A stretch of 64,000 nucleotides of DNA, taken from contig CAWCPV010000014.1 of assembly GCA_963797555.1 (NCBI GenBank), positions 352,001 through 416,000 on the forward strand. Reading direction: 5' to 3'. The stretch's first letter is position 1, and each line of letters starts with the position of its first letter. Shown piece after piece: positions 34,736 to 46,349 of this stretch. Below the pieces are notes generated by a model, which had not been told where the DNA came from, did no database searches, and was given only the letters and a program-made list of their open reading frames with translations. A program made the position numbers and the translations under genes. This DNA is from an uncultured Gammaproteobacteria bacterium. Lineage in GTDB: Bacteria > Pseudomonadota > Gammaproteobacteria > CAWCPV01.

Positions 34736-35201
34736 CTAAGGGCAGCGGGAGGAATCGCTCGGAACCTTGCCCACGATGCGCAGGAAGGCCCCGAAAAGCC
34801 CCATGTTGCCCATCGCCTCCATCTTTGGGCCTCCGAACTTCAAGCGGCCGAACATCATCGCCTTGAACGGCCCGTACTCTCCCGTCGGCACCGACATCCA
34901 AATTCTTGGTTTCGACCGCACCGCCATAACCGCACATGGCCTTGCTGTCCTTCTTGTTGAATCGAAGCTCCACGCGCGGGCTATCGGGGCAGTCGGTGCG
35001 GTACATTTCGATCACCTTGAAGCCGCGGCCCTTGTCGTTCTCTATCCACTTCTCCAGACCCTCGGTCAGCGTCGAATCCGCGTTCCATGCTTCACAGGCT
35101 TGCTTGGCCCATTCTGCCGACATCAGAACCGGTTCAGCAGCGACCGCGGTGCCGAGCACAAAGCAGGCGAAGCTCGCCAACGCTACGAGACGGTATTTCA
35201 T
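34736..35201 (-). pseudogene. SCP2 sterol-binding-domain-like exported protein with deletion/frameshift
   Basis: MSAEWAKQACEAWN; shifted GEYGPFKAMMFGRLKFGGPKMEAMGNM. Confidence 0.7.
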
Positions 35202-35643
35202 GGGGGCTCTCCTCGCTTTTTGATGTCATGACAACCGGTTACGGCTTCACTAGCTTGCCACAACTCAAGTGGCGGGGACCACTGGGGCAGCGCAACCCGT
35301 GCGGCTGCCGATGTCATGCCGGACGCGAATGGCCGTTGTGGGTCGGAAGCGGTCATCGAAAAAAGAGAGAGTCAGCGGGTTGCGAGGGGCTTCTCTCCGC
35401 TGGCTCCCACGTCGCCGCCCTGCATCCGGACCCGGCGGGGTTGAGCGGAAGCGGCTTTTCATTGCACCGAACGTGCATCATGATGCCTCCAGTCCCACGG
35501 CGCAGCGTCAACAACGGCAAGATCGCCATCGTCACCAGAGATAAGATCACGGGCTCGCCCTGCCGACCCGAGGTGCACGGAGCCGCGGGGCGGTTCAAGC
35601 CTCACCGACATTGGCCAACAATAGAGGTGAGTTGGAGGACAGC

Positions 35644-36093
35644 GTGCAGAAGACAGTGCGAAAGGCTCGGGCCTTCATCCGTCATCCGTCCGATATTCCG
35701 ATCGAGATCGGTACGGAAATGGCGCCACAAGCGGCACGCCACAGGCTGAACAACGTCAGCCTGGGGGGATTGTGTTGCGAGTGTGCGGCGCCTCTGACGC
35801 CCGGAGCGTTGGTCAAGATCCGTTTCCCGGTCGTACGGCCCGCCTTCGAAACCAAGGGCAACGTCGTCTGGTGTCACCGGCGTCAGGGCCACTTCGATCT
35901 GGGCGTCCAGTTCACGGAGCGAGAGGACGCCTTCAGGGCGCGCATGGTCGAGCAGATTTGCCACATCGAGCACTACCGCAACGAGATCCGAGACGCGGAG
36001 GGCCGCATCTTAGACGGAGAGGCGGCGGCACGTGAGTGGATCAGCAAATTCGCGGCCCAGTTCCCCGATGCGGGCCTGTCCGGCCGCCAGTAG
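35644..36093 (+). CDS. PilZ domain protein
   Basis: RAFIRHP, NVSLGGL, VVWC and GVQF motifs. Confidence 0.88.
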   Translation: MQKTVRKARAFIRHPSDIPIEIGTEMAPQAARHRLNNVSLGGLCCECAAPLTPGALVKIRFPVVRPAFETKGNVVWCHRRQGHFDLGVQFTEREDAFRARMVEQICHIEHYRNEIRDAEGRILDGEAAAREWISKFAAQFPDAGLSGRQ

Positions 36094-36452
36094 TGAGGGC
36101 CTGATGCCCGAGAAGGCACCATTCTGCCGTCTCTGAAAGGCTAAGGTTCAGTGCGGGGCTCCCCAGGCAGGCCCGCACAGTTCCCGGCGGAGCAGCGGAA
36201 CAGGCGGGCTCTCGCATCGATCGAAGGGCATGCCAAACGCTACCACCAAGGCCGCGTACCCGCGAGCAAGGGAGACGCGCTGTCCTGATTGCCCGCTAGA
36301 CGAAGAGGGCCTCACCGTCCATTGCGTGATTCATTCTCGGAGCGAGCGCGGAAGCCCGTTGCCGGATGTAGCAATCCGACTGCACGTGACCCCCTGGGTC
36401 AGTGTTGCTTCGTCCTCAGTCAGTTCTTTCCGACAATCTCGCCCGCAGGCTA

Positions 36453-37613
36453 GTGTAGTGCTTCATTCTGTTTAGAACTTAAACGTGCGTTGGCGCGGAT
36501 GACCTTCTGCAGGATGTCCTTAGCCTTGGCGGTCCAGATGAAGGGTTTGGGATTGGCGTTGTGGGCATCGACATAGCGGTTGATGGCATGGATCAACTCG
36601 GGGACGCTTCGAAACACGCCACGGCGCAACCGATCCACAGTCAGGTCGCGGAAGAATCGCTCGACCATGTTCAACCAGGATGCTGAGGTGGGCGTGAAAT
36701 GGATGTGGAAACGCGGGTGTTTTCCCAGCCATTTCTGAACGTTGGGATGTTTGTGGGTGGCGTAGTTGTCGCAGACCAAGTGCAGTTCCTTGTCCTTGGG
36801 CGTCTCGCGGTCGATTTGGCGCAGGAAGGTGAGCCACTCCGTGTGGCGATGGTGCGGCTCGCAGCGGGCAATCACGGAACCCTCCAAGGTGTTCAGGGCA
36901 GCAAACAGTGTCGTGGTGCCATGGCGCTTGTAGTCATGGGTCATGGTCGCAGCCCGCCCCTTCTTCAGCGGCAGGCCAGGTTGGGTACGATCCAGCGCCT
37001 GAACCTGACTCTTCTCGTCGCAGCACAACACCAAAGCATGCTCCGGGGGGGACAGATACAGCCCGACGATGTCCTCCAACTTCTCGGTGAATTTCGGGTC
37101 GCGCGATACCTTGAAGGATTCGACACGATGCGGCTTCAGCCCATGGGCATGCCACACGCGCAGCACCGTGGTGTCGCTCACTCCCATTTCCTTAGCCAGG
37201 GTCCGCGTACTCCACTGTGTCGCTGCTAAGGGCTGGGTCTGAGTCGTGCGTCGCACGATCTCGGCGGCATCCACCTTGGGCTGACGACCTCCGCGCGGCA
37301 GGTCACACTCGATGGCCGCCAGCCCGCCTTGCGCATAGCGCTCCCGCCAACGCCCAACCTGCACACGCCCAATCTTGAGTTCCGCCGCGATGGCCTTGTT
37401 CTCCATGCCCACCGCCGCCAACAGCACAATGCGCGCTCGGCGGGCCAGCCTCACACTCGTGGTGTTCGAACGCGACACACGCCTCAGGCTCCGCTGTTCT
37501 TCCGCGCTCAGTCGGACCATCGGGGCTACTCGCATCAGTGCTCTCCTGTCTTGGCTTCATAGCCCTGGACAGCGATAGATCATATATGTTCCGTTAATTA
37601 CCAAGCACTACAC
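36453..37613 (-). mobile_element. IS630-family element, copy 1 (transposase 36450-37535)
   Basis: TIRs GTGTAGTGCTT; TA duplication within CTAG; DEKSQ, DNYATH and WLNMVE motifs. Confidence 0.95.
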
Positions 37614-37685
37614 TAGCTCCAAGCTTTTCGCTGCGAACCGGTCGTCAGGGCGCTTCCCGAGGCGGCCAATTCTCCCATGCCTGTA

Positions 37686-37701
37686 TGGCATGCTGGTTGC
37701 T
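37686..37701 (+). promoter_or_regulatory. sigma-54-like promoter
   Basis: TGGCAT-N5-TTGCT. Confidence 0.5.
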
Positions 37702-37993
37702 TCTCAGGTGATGAGGCTGCCCAAAAACCGCGTCGGGCGTCCCCTTCGGGCTTGAGCAGTTGGAGATCGCCGTCATGCGTATGTACGCGTTAAAGTTCAA
37801 GAACGTGGACCCGTTGGCGCCTGACTGATGTTCCCCCTAGATCACCGCATTTAAGCTTCTGGATCAACGGTTTATCCAGATTCGTACTGGGTACATCCTA
37901 GCTTGTTGATTCGTTTGGTCAAATTTAGTGATGCCGCCCGGCTTTCGTCAAGCCTGATACATGGCTACGCCAACGCCCCCAGATATGGCGATA

Positions 37994-38427
37994 GTTAACT
38001 CACCCCCGGCGAAGCCGGGGGCTTATTGGGTGAGCGCCTCAAAGGCGCCATAACACCGGGAGCCGCCCAAGGCGGCTGGACCTACGTCCCCAGCCTCAGA
38101 TGATCGTAGCGCTCGTCCTGTTGGTCTTGGTTCCGGATGTAGGCCCTCACCATCGCCTCATCTTAAGCCGACTGCGGACACCTTGTGGCCCGCCAACTCC
38201 TGGAAGATCTGTCCAGGTGGCGGCGCAGCGCCCCGAAGATCTGCTTCTTCCTGCGCTTCGGGATGAATACCACATGATACTTACAGTCGCACTTCGTGTG
38301 GCTCGGACTCTGGTACTCTTTCATCGTGAATCCCCTTCTCTTGGCGGAGATTGGAGATTCACGACGACCGTCGTATAGGTCAAACCTCGGTGAGTCCCCC
38401 GGCAAAGCCGGGGGCTTACCTCAGGGA
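37994..38427 (-). mobile_element. internally deleted IS200 (copy 4, same deletion as copy 1)
   Basis: near-identical reverse complement of 8073-8505. Confidence 0.92.
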
Positions 38428-38655
38428 GTTATGTAAAAACACAAGGTTGCGGGTCAGAAAGCCGCGTTCGAGGGGGGAAGATCCGCCTGAGCGTCCGCTG
38501 GGAGGCGCGCCGCCCGCGCCTGCGGGCCGCAGCGTGGCGGCCGGCTCCAGGTCTCGAACGGTGACTGGGCCAGCCGCGGTCGCGACAACGGTACCCCAAA
38601 GTGAGTAGTTTGCGATCTAGAGGAGAAAGATCGGCGGGCAGCTTAGCCCATGTCG

Positions 38656-39990
38656 TTATACACATCTCGGGCTCTGTGAGGCCCGTTGTGCGTCCATGGC
38701 GAGCACGAAGTCGCGGGTTCGCTGCAGCCCGATCCACAGGCTTTGCGGACCCGGGAAGCCGTCGCCCTTGCGATTGAGGAAGCCGCCGAAGCTCGCCACC
38801 ATACGCACCATCGCATCGAGCGAGGGGGGTGTCTCAGGCGGGGGCTGGCGCTTGGTGACGATATACACCGCGCGCCATTCCTCCTCGGCGAACACCACGT
38901 TGCAGGGCATCTGCGGGCAGTCGCGCCCGAGCAGGGTGAGGTAGAGCACCCGCCAGGCGATGATGAGGTAGAAGGCGAGCGCGGGCTCCAGGCGTTCGAG
39001 GGTCTCGAGCTGCAGCTTCTCGATGCGGCAGCCGCTTTTGAGGATCTTGAAGAACACCTCGATTTGCCACCGGCAGAGGTACCATTGGAGCTTCTCCAGG
39101 GCCTGCTCGGCGGTCTCGACGGGGAGGCTGGTGAGGAGCAGCCACTCGATGGGCTCCTCGCCCTGGGGCGGGTCCACCTCGCGGGCCAGCACGGCGCTCA
39201 CCTCGATGTCCGCCAGGGTGCGGTCCGAGCGATGCGGGGCCTTGAAAGTGAGGCGTGCGACGCGCAGTTGCTGGTGGATGCGCCGCGCCGGACGCCTAGC
39301 GGTGGCGGGCAGGTCGAATTCGGCCTCGGCCAGCACCGGCGCGCTTGCGAGCCGGGCGCGCTCGGCGCGGATGAGCCACTCGGCGCAGGGCTGCGTGGCG
39401 GCGCGTTCCGCGAGCACCTCGTAGATGTCGGCCTCGCGGTCGGCGACATAGACCAACTGGGTCTCGGGCAGGGACTCGATGAGCTCCGAGACGCGTCGAT
39501 AACCCTCCAGCCAGCGCAGGCTCTCTTTTTCCTCGATGGGCCGGCGGCCCTGCTCCTTGCCCAGACTGCCCGCCTCGCGGGTCCAGCTCCATAGATCCAA
39601 TAGCCCCAAGGGCACCCGCTCGGGGGTCACGGCGAGGGTGGGGTGCAGGTACAATCCACGGCGGGTCTCGTAGTTGAGCGGGCCCAGCCCGACGATGTCG
39701 TTCTTGCCGCTATAGTCCCCTTCCGTGGTGTCTTGGATGCACAGCACCACCGAGTATTCGCGCATACGCTGCTCGGTGCAGGCGTAATGGGGCTCGAGCA
39801 CCGCCTGGGCGGTGACCTGGGGATGGTCGAACAGCCGATAAGCCGCCAAGGTCTCGGCCCAGCCGCCACAGGCGGTGGGAATGCTCTGCATGGGATGGGC
39901 TCCCAGCTTCTCCAGGGTGCGTCGCGCCCGGCGGTTGAGGCGCGCATCACCCAAGTCGATGGCGGCCAGCTCCTCGGCCAGGGCATTCAT
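38656..39990 (-). CDS. IS4 family transposase
   Basis: LGDARL, IQDTT, ADREADIYE, Y..RWQIEVFFKILKSG and LWIGL motifs. Confidence 0.93.
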   Translation of the reverse strand: MNALAEELAAIDLGDARLNRRARRTLEKLGAHPMQSIPTACGGWAETLAAYRLFDHPQVTAQAVLEPHYACTEQRMREYSVVLCIQDTTEGDYSGKNDIVGLGPLNYETRRGLYLHPTLAVTPERVPLGLLDLWSWTREAGSLGKEQGRRPIEEKESLRWLEGYRRVSELIESLPETQLVYVADREADIYEVLAERAATQPCAEWLIRAERARLASAPVLAEAEFDLPATARRPARRIHQQLRVARLTFKAPHRSDRTLADIEVSAVLAREVDPPQGEEPIEWLLLTSLPVETAEQALEKLQWYLCRWQIEVFFKILKSGCRIEKLQLETLERLEPALAFYLIIAWRVLYLTLLGRDCPQMPCNVVFAEEEWRAVYIVTKRQPPPETPPSLDAMVRMVASFGGFLNRKGDGFPGPQSLWIGLQRTRDFVLAMDAQRASQSPRCV

Positions 39991-40859
39991 GCGGCTCCCC
40001 CGAGCGCCCGGCGAAAGCGGCCATCGAGCGGATACACATAGACATCCTTGATGGGCAGCGCCTCACGGTCGAGCTTGCCCCGCCCGGTGGTCTGCCCCAG
40101 ATGATGCCAGTTGGCCGCCCGGTAGCAGGTGCCCGCGAACCGGCCGGCCTCGACAAAGGTCTCCAGCAGCACCGGGCGTACCCCGTAGCGCTCTTCGAAC
40201 TCGCCCGGCACCTGCCGCGCGGCCCGCCCGAGGACCTTGGAGGCCAGGTTCGCCACCCGCACCCACGGCAGAATGAGAAACCGCGCATGGTTCAGCACCT
40301 GCCCCAGGTGCTGCGCACGGCTTGGCGCATCCCAGCCAATCCAGCGGTTGCGCACGCCCACCTTCCAGGCCGCGGCCCCGAAGCCCATGGCCCCCACCAC
40401 ACCCCCGTCCCAGCGAATCAGATAGCGCAGCTGGGCACCGGGCAGCGGCCGGTAGCCCAAATAATGGTACCGGTCGATGAGCCCATTCCACAGCGCCGAG
40501 TCCGCCGGGTCAGCAACCGGCGCCAAGTGCAGACCCTGCAAATCCCGCACTGCGCCCACCACCGGTACCTCAGCGGGCCAATCTTGCGGCTCGCGCGACA
40601 GCCCCTTCCCATTGCCGTTACCGTTGCGCGGCGCCGGCAGCTCGATCCAGCCTGCCCGATGCAGCCGCAGCAGCCCGACTCGACAGCTCATCAGCTTGGG
40701 CCTACCGGCTGCATCGGTCCACCCCAGCACCCGACACACCCGCCGCGCCACCTCGGCTCGCACTCGGGGCTCCGCCAGCCAAGCCTCCCGCCGTATGCTC
40801 TCAAGCTCCCCCGCGCTCAGCACGCGCCCACCCAACCACCTCGGCAACCCCTTCTCCAT
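39987..40859 (-). CDS. DUF4338 (DruA-like) protein
   Basis: YHYLGY, GAQLRYLI, RFLILPWV..NLAS, LLETFV and GTCYRAANW motifs; stop overlaps the transposase ATG (ATGA). Confidence 0.9.
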   Translation of the reverse strand: MEKGLPRWLGGRVLSAGELESIRREAWLAEPRVRAEVARRVCRVLGWTDAAGRPKLMSCRVGLLRLHRAGWIELPAPRNGNGNGKGLSREPQDWPAEVPVVGAVRDLQGLHLAPVADPADSALWNGLIDRYHYLGYRPLPGAQLRYLIRWDGGVVGAMGFGAAAWKVGVRNRWIGWDAPSRAQHLGQVLNHARFLILPWVRVANLASKVLGRAARQVPGEFEERYGVRPVLLETFVEAGRFAGTCYRAANWHHLGQTTGRGKLDREALPIKDVYVYPLDGRFRRALGGAA

Positions 40860-40958
40860 CTGCTCCCCCTCGTCACCTGGTGAACGATGGGGGCATTGAA
40901 TCAGCTTCCGGGGGCTGTGTCCAGAGGGGCAGCAGCCCTAGCTACGGGGAGACGTGTA

Positions 40959-41755
40959 TCCGCCGTAGGGACGGCGGTCACCCGCCGCCCCCGGCACAGA
41001 CCCGGACGTGCAGTTTTTCCGCATCCGGTTCCTCGGTTGTACTCGCTTCCGCGCAGACGGCCACTCGCCGTCTGTTGGCTATTGCCCGCAGTGAGGTTCG
41101 CTTGCGTTCTCCGGCCCGACTCTGTCCGGCGCAAGTTTCCTATACGGGCTGCGTACTTCCGCCAGGTCCTTCCCCTTGTAACGGGCTTTCCCCGTCTCCG
41201 AGTACTATGCCTGGTAAGACTCCCCACCAGCATACGGCGGGCGTTCCCTTTGACAGTACTTCTCCGCCTGCCTGCTCCGAAGTTCCCTTCGTCCACTTAG
41301 GTTCCGGCTTAACCCTGTGTCCGGGTTTCCCCTTCCGTGCCTCAATAGCCGTATACCGTATGACCGAGCTTCCCTCCGGCCAGGAGCCGATGGGGCCTCC
41401 TGGGTTCTCCGACGCCTCTCTTCCTGCATGCCACGGCCTGAGGACTCCGGCGGACCTCCACGCCCTCGCCAAAACGGGCGCTTCGTGTAGCCTTCGGGCA
41501 CGTTAAAACCCTCGGCATCCGCAACAAGCTTATCTCGAAGCTGTACCAGCACTTCAGGGAGCGCGGCCTCCCCTACGGCCTACAGGATACTCTGCCTACG
41601 CTTAGCCCGTCTTGTTCGCAGCCTCTCGGCTACTCCGCCACGGACCCAAGGCTTCGATACGGGTGGGTGGCTAACCCTTATGAAGATGCCTTACGACCTC
41701 TTCTCCCGACAGGGACTCTCACCCTGCAAGAAGCGCCGAGCTTTGCCCAGCGCGA
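40959..41755 (-). ncRNA. ORF-less group II intron (797 nt)
   Basis: domain V GGAACCGGATGCGGAAAAACTGCACGTCCGGGTC and domain VI; 5' TCGCG; EBS1 TAACGT pairs with exon GCGTTA; 1-nt boundary ambiguity. Confidence 0.88.
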
Positions 41756-41866
41756 TAACGCCATGAGCTTAGCCGCTTCGTGTGAACGCCGTCTCTACTT
41801 CACTTCGCTGAACTGCCGATGGACACTCGCGGCTGCGCCTCGAAGCCGTGCGGCTCGGTACGTCGG

Positions 41867-42153
41867 TTATTTGATTCCGGCGATGAAGTCGTCGATCGGT
41901 ATCGCGGGGAGCGTCTCGATCTTCACACTCCCCCGAGAACCGATCTCCATGGAGACCCGGCTCACGGTCATGTTGTCCGGCGCGTCGATGATGGTCACAA
42001 AGTCATACGGCCCGAGCACTGCGTACTGCGCTACCACGCGGACTCCGAATGACTCCACCTCGCGGGCAACGGTCTTGATGCGCGCAGGATTCTCTTTCAC
42101 GGTTTCCGAGCCCTTATCCAGTCAGCCTACTGAGCATGATATATGTAGCCATA
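41867..42153 (-). pseudogene. GYD domain protein with 5' frameshift
   Basis: MATYIMLS.. then QYAVLGPYDFV and GSVKIETLPA. Confidence 0.8.
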
Positions 42154-42275
42154 CCTTGTCTCCTTCATGGCTCTCACCCTACCACTATCGCGGTTCCCCG
42201 GCAGCGGGCCTTGAAACACCGCGGGCCGCCCAGCGCGAACCAAGCGGCCCTCACGTGACGTTTCGGCGCAGTGTC

Positions 42276-42626
42276 TCAGGCCGCCTTCAGGACGACTTCG
42301 GCCTCCTGACTCAGTACGCGATAGATCTCGTTGAAGTCCGCTTTGGCGGTCTCGACGAACACGCCGATGTAGCCCAACACGCAGATGGAGTAGTCACCGG
42401 CCGACAATGCCCAGCCGTGGAAGGGTAGCCAGTCCATGCCCGTTATCCGGCTTAGACCAGCCACCTCGATAGCTCCGGTGAGAGCCTTACCCGCGCACAG
42501 CGTTGCAATGTAGCGAGCCGTCTCTCTCGGGAAGTCACCCTTGTACGAGACTAGCCCTCCGTCGGCAGAAAACTCGCCAGCGGCCACCGCGCCGCCCAAG
42601 GTCATCAGTCGGTTGAGGTTTGCCAT
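42276..42626 (-). CDS. DUF2173-like protein
   Basis: LMTLGGAVAAGEF, GMDWLPFHGW and GVFVETAKADFN motifs; RBS GAGGAG. Confidence 0.75.
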   Translation of the reverse strand: MANLNRLMTLGGAVAAGEFSADGGLVSYKGDFPRETARYIATLCAGKALTGAIEVAGLSRITGMDWLPFHGWALSAGDYSICVLGYIGVFVETAKADFNEIYRVLSQEAEVVLKAA

Positions 42627-43160
42627 GGTCTCCTCCTCGCTCTGCAGGTAAAGCGTCTGCGCAAACCGCGAACATCCCTTTCCCAAACCTTCACCATAAA
42701 GAGTAGCACGGCGCTCCGAGTCTCTGGGCTGAGGCTGCTGCAGCGTAAGCCTTGCAACCCACACGATTTCGGTAGGAGCCGCCAACCCGCTTACCGCTCT
42801 GTCTTTTCGATGGCCGCTTCCGACCCAAGGCAGTCGTTCGTGATGAGCCTCGGCGGCCCGCCTGGCCAACCGAAAAACGGGAAATTTTCCTATAGACAGC
42901 ACCACCGCTGTTTGCTAGACATAGTGTCAGCAGCCACCCTGCGCCAGAAAGTGACCGTAGGCGGAGGGAGGGTATAGGACTGGCGCATGAGCCTGTAGCA
43001 GCGAAGACGGCGGGGAAACGCCCGCTGACGGGATGCTTGACAGCCCGAGACATTCCGGTAGACATCCCCACACACTGCGCCGTTTTGCCTCGCGGCGTCT
43101 ACACTGTGTCTACACAGATGTTTCTGTCTTTGGTTCCCAGTAGCTAAGTCTTTGTTTTCT

Positions 43161-43206
43161 TGGTGCCGGCGAGTGGACTCGAACCACCGACTCACTGATC
43201 ACGAAT
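43161..43206 (-). other. tRNA-Thr 3'-half fragment (att-site remnant)
   Basis: ATTCGTGATCAGTGAGTCGGTGGTTCGAGTCCACTCGCCGGCACCA: anticodon loop to CCA, no D arm. Confidence 0.85.
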
Positions 43207-43652
43207 ATGCTAGCCGGCGCTACCGGGGTCCCCGGATGGGAGCACGCTCTCGCTGTCCCGATCTCGTCTCCTGGCTCGCGAGATGGCCCTTCTCGCCGTC
43301 ATCCTGGACCATCCAGCCCTGGGAGACCGAGCACAGCCAGGACGGACCACACATTATACGTTGAAGACCTCGCCTGCGGATCCGGCTGCTGGAAGCTGTG
43401 GCAGCATGATGATGTAGTTCCTCTCGCAGGACCCCGACCGACTTCCCGGCCACCATCCTGAAGACCCACGTACCCTGGAGGGCGCCATGGCGGACATCGA
43501 GTACGAGATGGACTGCGGAAGCTTGAGGCGGGAGACGGCGAGTCGCTGGGAGCCCAACCCCTACAAGGAGCGCCTGGCGGAACTGCAGGGGCGGCCCTCG
43601 AACGTGGTCGACCTCCTCGCCGCCTCGGTAGCCGTCCCACAGGAAGCGACCC

Positions 43653-46321
43653 ATGAGACCTCTCGCAGCCGTGCTCGCGCTGCTGACAGCCGGCCCCGTC
43701 CTAGTGTAGTGCTTCATTCTGTTTAGAACTTAAACGTGCGTTGGCGCGGATGACCTTCTGCAGGATGTCCTTAGCCTTGGCGGTCCAGATGAAGGGTTTG
43801 GGATTGGCGTTGTGGGCATCGACATAGCGGTTGATGGCATGGATCAACTCGGGGACGCTTCGAAACACGCCACGGCGCAACCGATCCACAGTCAGGTCGC
43901 GGAAGAATCGCTCGACCATGTTCAACCAGGATGCTGAGGTGGGCGTGAAATGGATGTGGAAACGCGGGTGTTTTCCCAGCCATTTCTGAACGTTGGGATG
44001 TTTGTGGGTGGCGTAGTTGTCGCAGACCAAGTGCAGTTCCTTGTCCTTGGGCGTCTCGCGGTCGATTTGGCGCAGGAAGGTGAGCCACTCCGTGTGGCGA
44101 TGGTGCGGCTCGCAGCGGGCAATCACGGAACCCTCCAAGGTGTTCAGGGCAGCAAACAGTGTCGTGGTGCCATGGCGCTTGTAGTCATGGGTCATGGTCG
44201 CAGCCCGCCCCTTCTTCAGCGGCAGGCCAGGTTGGGTACGATCCAGCGCCTGAACCTGACTCTTCTCGTCGCAGCACAACACCAAAGCATGCTCCGGGGG
44301 GGACAGATACAGCCCGACGATGTCCTCCAACTTCTCGGTGAATTTCGGGTCGCGCGATACCTTGAAGGATTCGACACGATGCGGCTTCAGCCCATGGGCA
44401 TGCCACACGCGCAGCACCGTGGTGTCGCTCACTCCCATTTCCTTAGCCAGGGTCCGCGTACTCCACTGTGTCGCTGCTAAGGGCTGGGTCTGAGTCGTGC
44501 GTCGCACGATCTCGGCGGCATCCACCTTGGGCTGACGACCTCCGCGCGGCAGGTCACACTCGATGGCCGCCAGCCCGCCTTGCGCATAGCGCTCCCGCCA
44601 ACGCCCAACCTGCACACGCCCAATCTTGAGTTCCGCCGCGATGGCCTTGTTCTCCATGCCCACCGCCGCCAACAGCACAATGCGCGCTCGGCGGGCCAGC
44701 CTCACACTCGTGGTGTTCGAACGCGACACACGCCTCAGGCTCCGCTGTTCTTCCGCGCTCAGTCGGACCATCGGGGCTACTCGCATCAGTGCTCTCCTGT
44801 CTTGGCTTCATAGCCCTGGACAGCGATAGATCATATATGTTCCGTTAATTACCAAGCACTACACTAGCGGGTATCCCCGCAACCCCGGTACTGACCCTCT
44901 ACAAGTTCAACGGCGACCTGGACATCCCCTACTACAGCGTCGCGGGCTTCGGGCGGTCCGGCCCGGGGCCGCGGGCCGGTACCCTCGCCCAGGGGACCTC
45001 CGTCATCCCCTGCCTGGTGATCCGTGACGGCGAGCCCCTGACCGACAGCAGCGGGACGCCCTACGTGGGCTTCGACATCGTGGTGGACACCCGCAAGGCG
45101 ACGCGGGCATCCACTGAGCAGTTCAGGAGCGCCGTCGCCCGCCGCCAGTCGACGACCGTGGCGAACCACCACTGCGGCAGCCGGGTGAAGTACGTCATCG
45201 ACGCGCGCAACCTGTATCCCCTCACCAAGGCCCCCTTCTTCGATCCCCCGCCCTCGGGCCGAAGGCGGGCGGCCGGCGGCAAGGGCGACTTGGACGAGAT
45301 CGTCCGCGCCTTTCACAACTCGGAGGCCTGCGAGCAGGCCAACCGCTCCCTCATCGGCAGGCGGGACGCCCTCGACCGGGCCTGGGAGCGCTTCGGCGCG
45401 GTAGGCCGCGGCGGCTGGCCGGCCTCGTCCCTCGCCCAGGCCCGTCACCTCGACTACGCCATGCGCACCGCGCTCTTCGAGGGCCATCTCGACCGCGGCT
45501 GCAACGCCTACGGTGCGTGCGAGCGGGACATAGTGGCGCTCTCCATCCGCAACCGTGGAAAGGAGCTTTGCCTCAGCGGTCAGGGCTGCAGCCGCCCGGG
45601 CGACTTCGAGGGAGTCGCCTCCAAGGTCTCCCAGTACAACATCTGGGACGAGTACCTCACTCAGGTCTCGGGCCTCACCTCCTGTTTCCTGCGCACCGAC
45701 CTGGACGGCACCTACTACGACAAGATCCGCGCGATGTACGAGCAGAGCGTGGGCGACGTGCAGCGCATCCTCTTCGGCGACGACACGGATCTCCGCGAGA
45801 TCTTCCCCGGCGAGTCCCTAAGCGACCTCAAGGCGCTGCGTCACTACTACCACGCCCCCGCGATGGGCAAGTGCTTTCCCAACGACCCGCGGGTCGAGTA
45901 CATCTCCGCCGCGGTGGCGCGCAAGGGCAGCGACTACGCCCTGCTCGTCAATACCCGCATCCGGGCAGACGCGCCCAAGGACGGCGGCTACCTTTTTCGC
46001 GACTTCAGCGTCAAGGAGGCGGACGACCGGGACGTGACCTCGGTCGTCGACCGGTATCCGGGCTTCGTTGTCGACGGCCGCAAGGTCGACCTCAAGGGGT
46101 CCTCCGGCTGTGCCCCGTACGGCATCCCCCCCGGCTGCCGCTTCAAAGACATCAGACGCTACCGCCGTACGCCCTCTTGGCTCTCCGGCGGCCGGCCGCT
46201 GGAGATCTCCTGCCGGGTCCGCGCCAGAAGCGCTGCCTGCCAGGGGCCGGAAACGCTGGAGACGGTACGGGTGGGCGAGACCTGCGATACCCAGATGCGG
46301 CCTGTCGCCGGGATTCGCTGA
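43653..46321 (+). pseudogene. Cys-rich secreted hypothetical protein interrupted by IS630
   Basis: MRPLAAVLALLTAGPVL|AGIPATPVLTLYKFNG.. runs in frame into the 45017-46321 ORF once the IS is removed. Confidence 0.85.
43704..44864 (-). mobile_element. IS630-family element, copy 2 (transposase 43701-44786)
   Basis: protein identical to copy 1; inserted in CTAG. Confidence 0.95.
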
Positions 46322-46349
46322 GCGTCTTGGGGGCACCGCGGCCGGACCT

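Larger units (their letters stand above)
38649..41765 (-). mobile_element. IS4-family (IS50/Tn5-like) element with DUF4338 passenger; left IR interrupted by an intron
   Basis: 19-bp IRs CATGTCGTTATACACATCT / CATGGCGTTA|TACACGTCT; 9-bp TSD AGCTTAGCC at 38640-38648 and 41766-41774. Confidence 0.93.
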
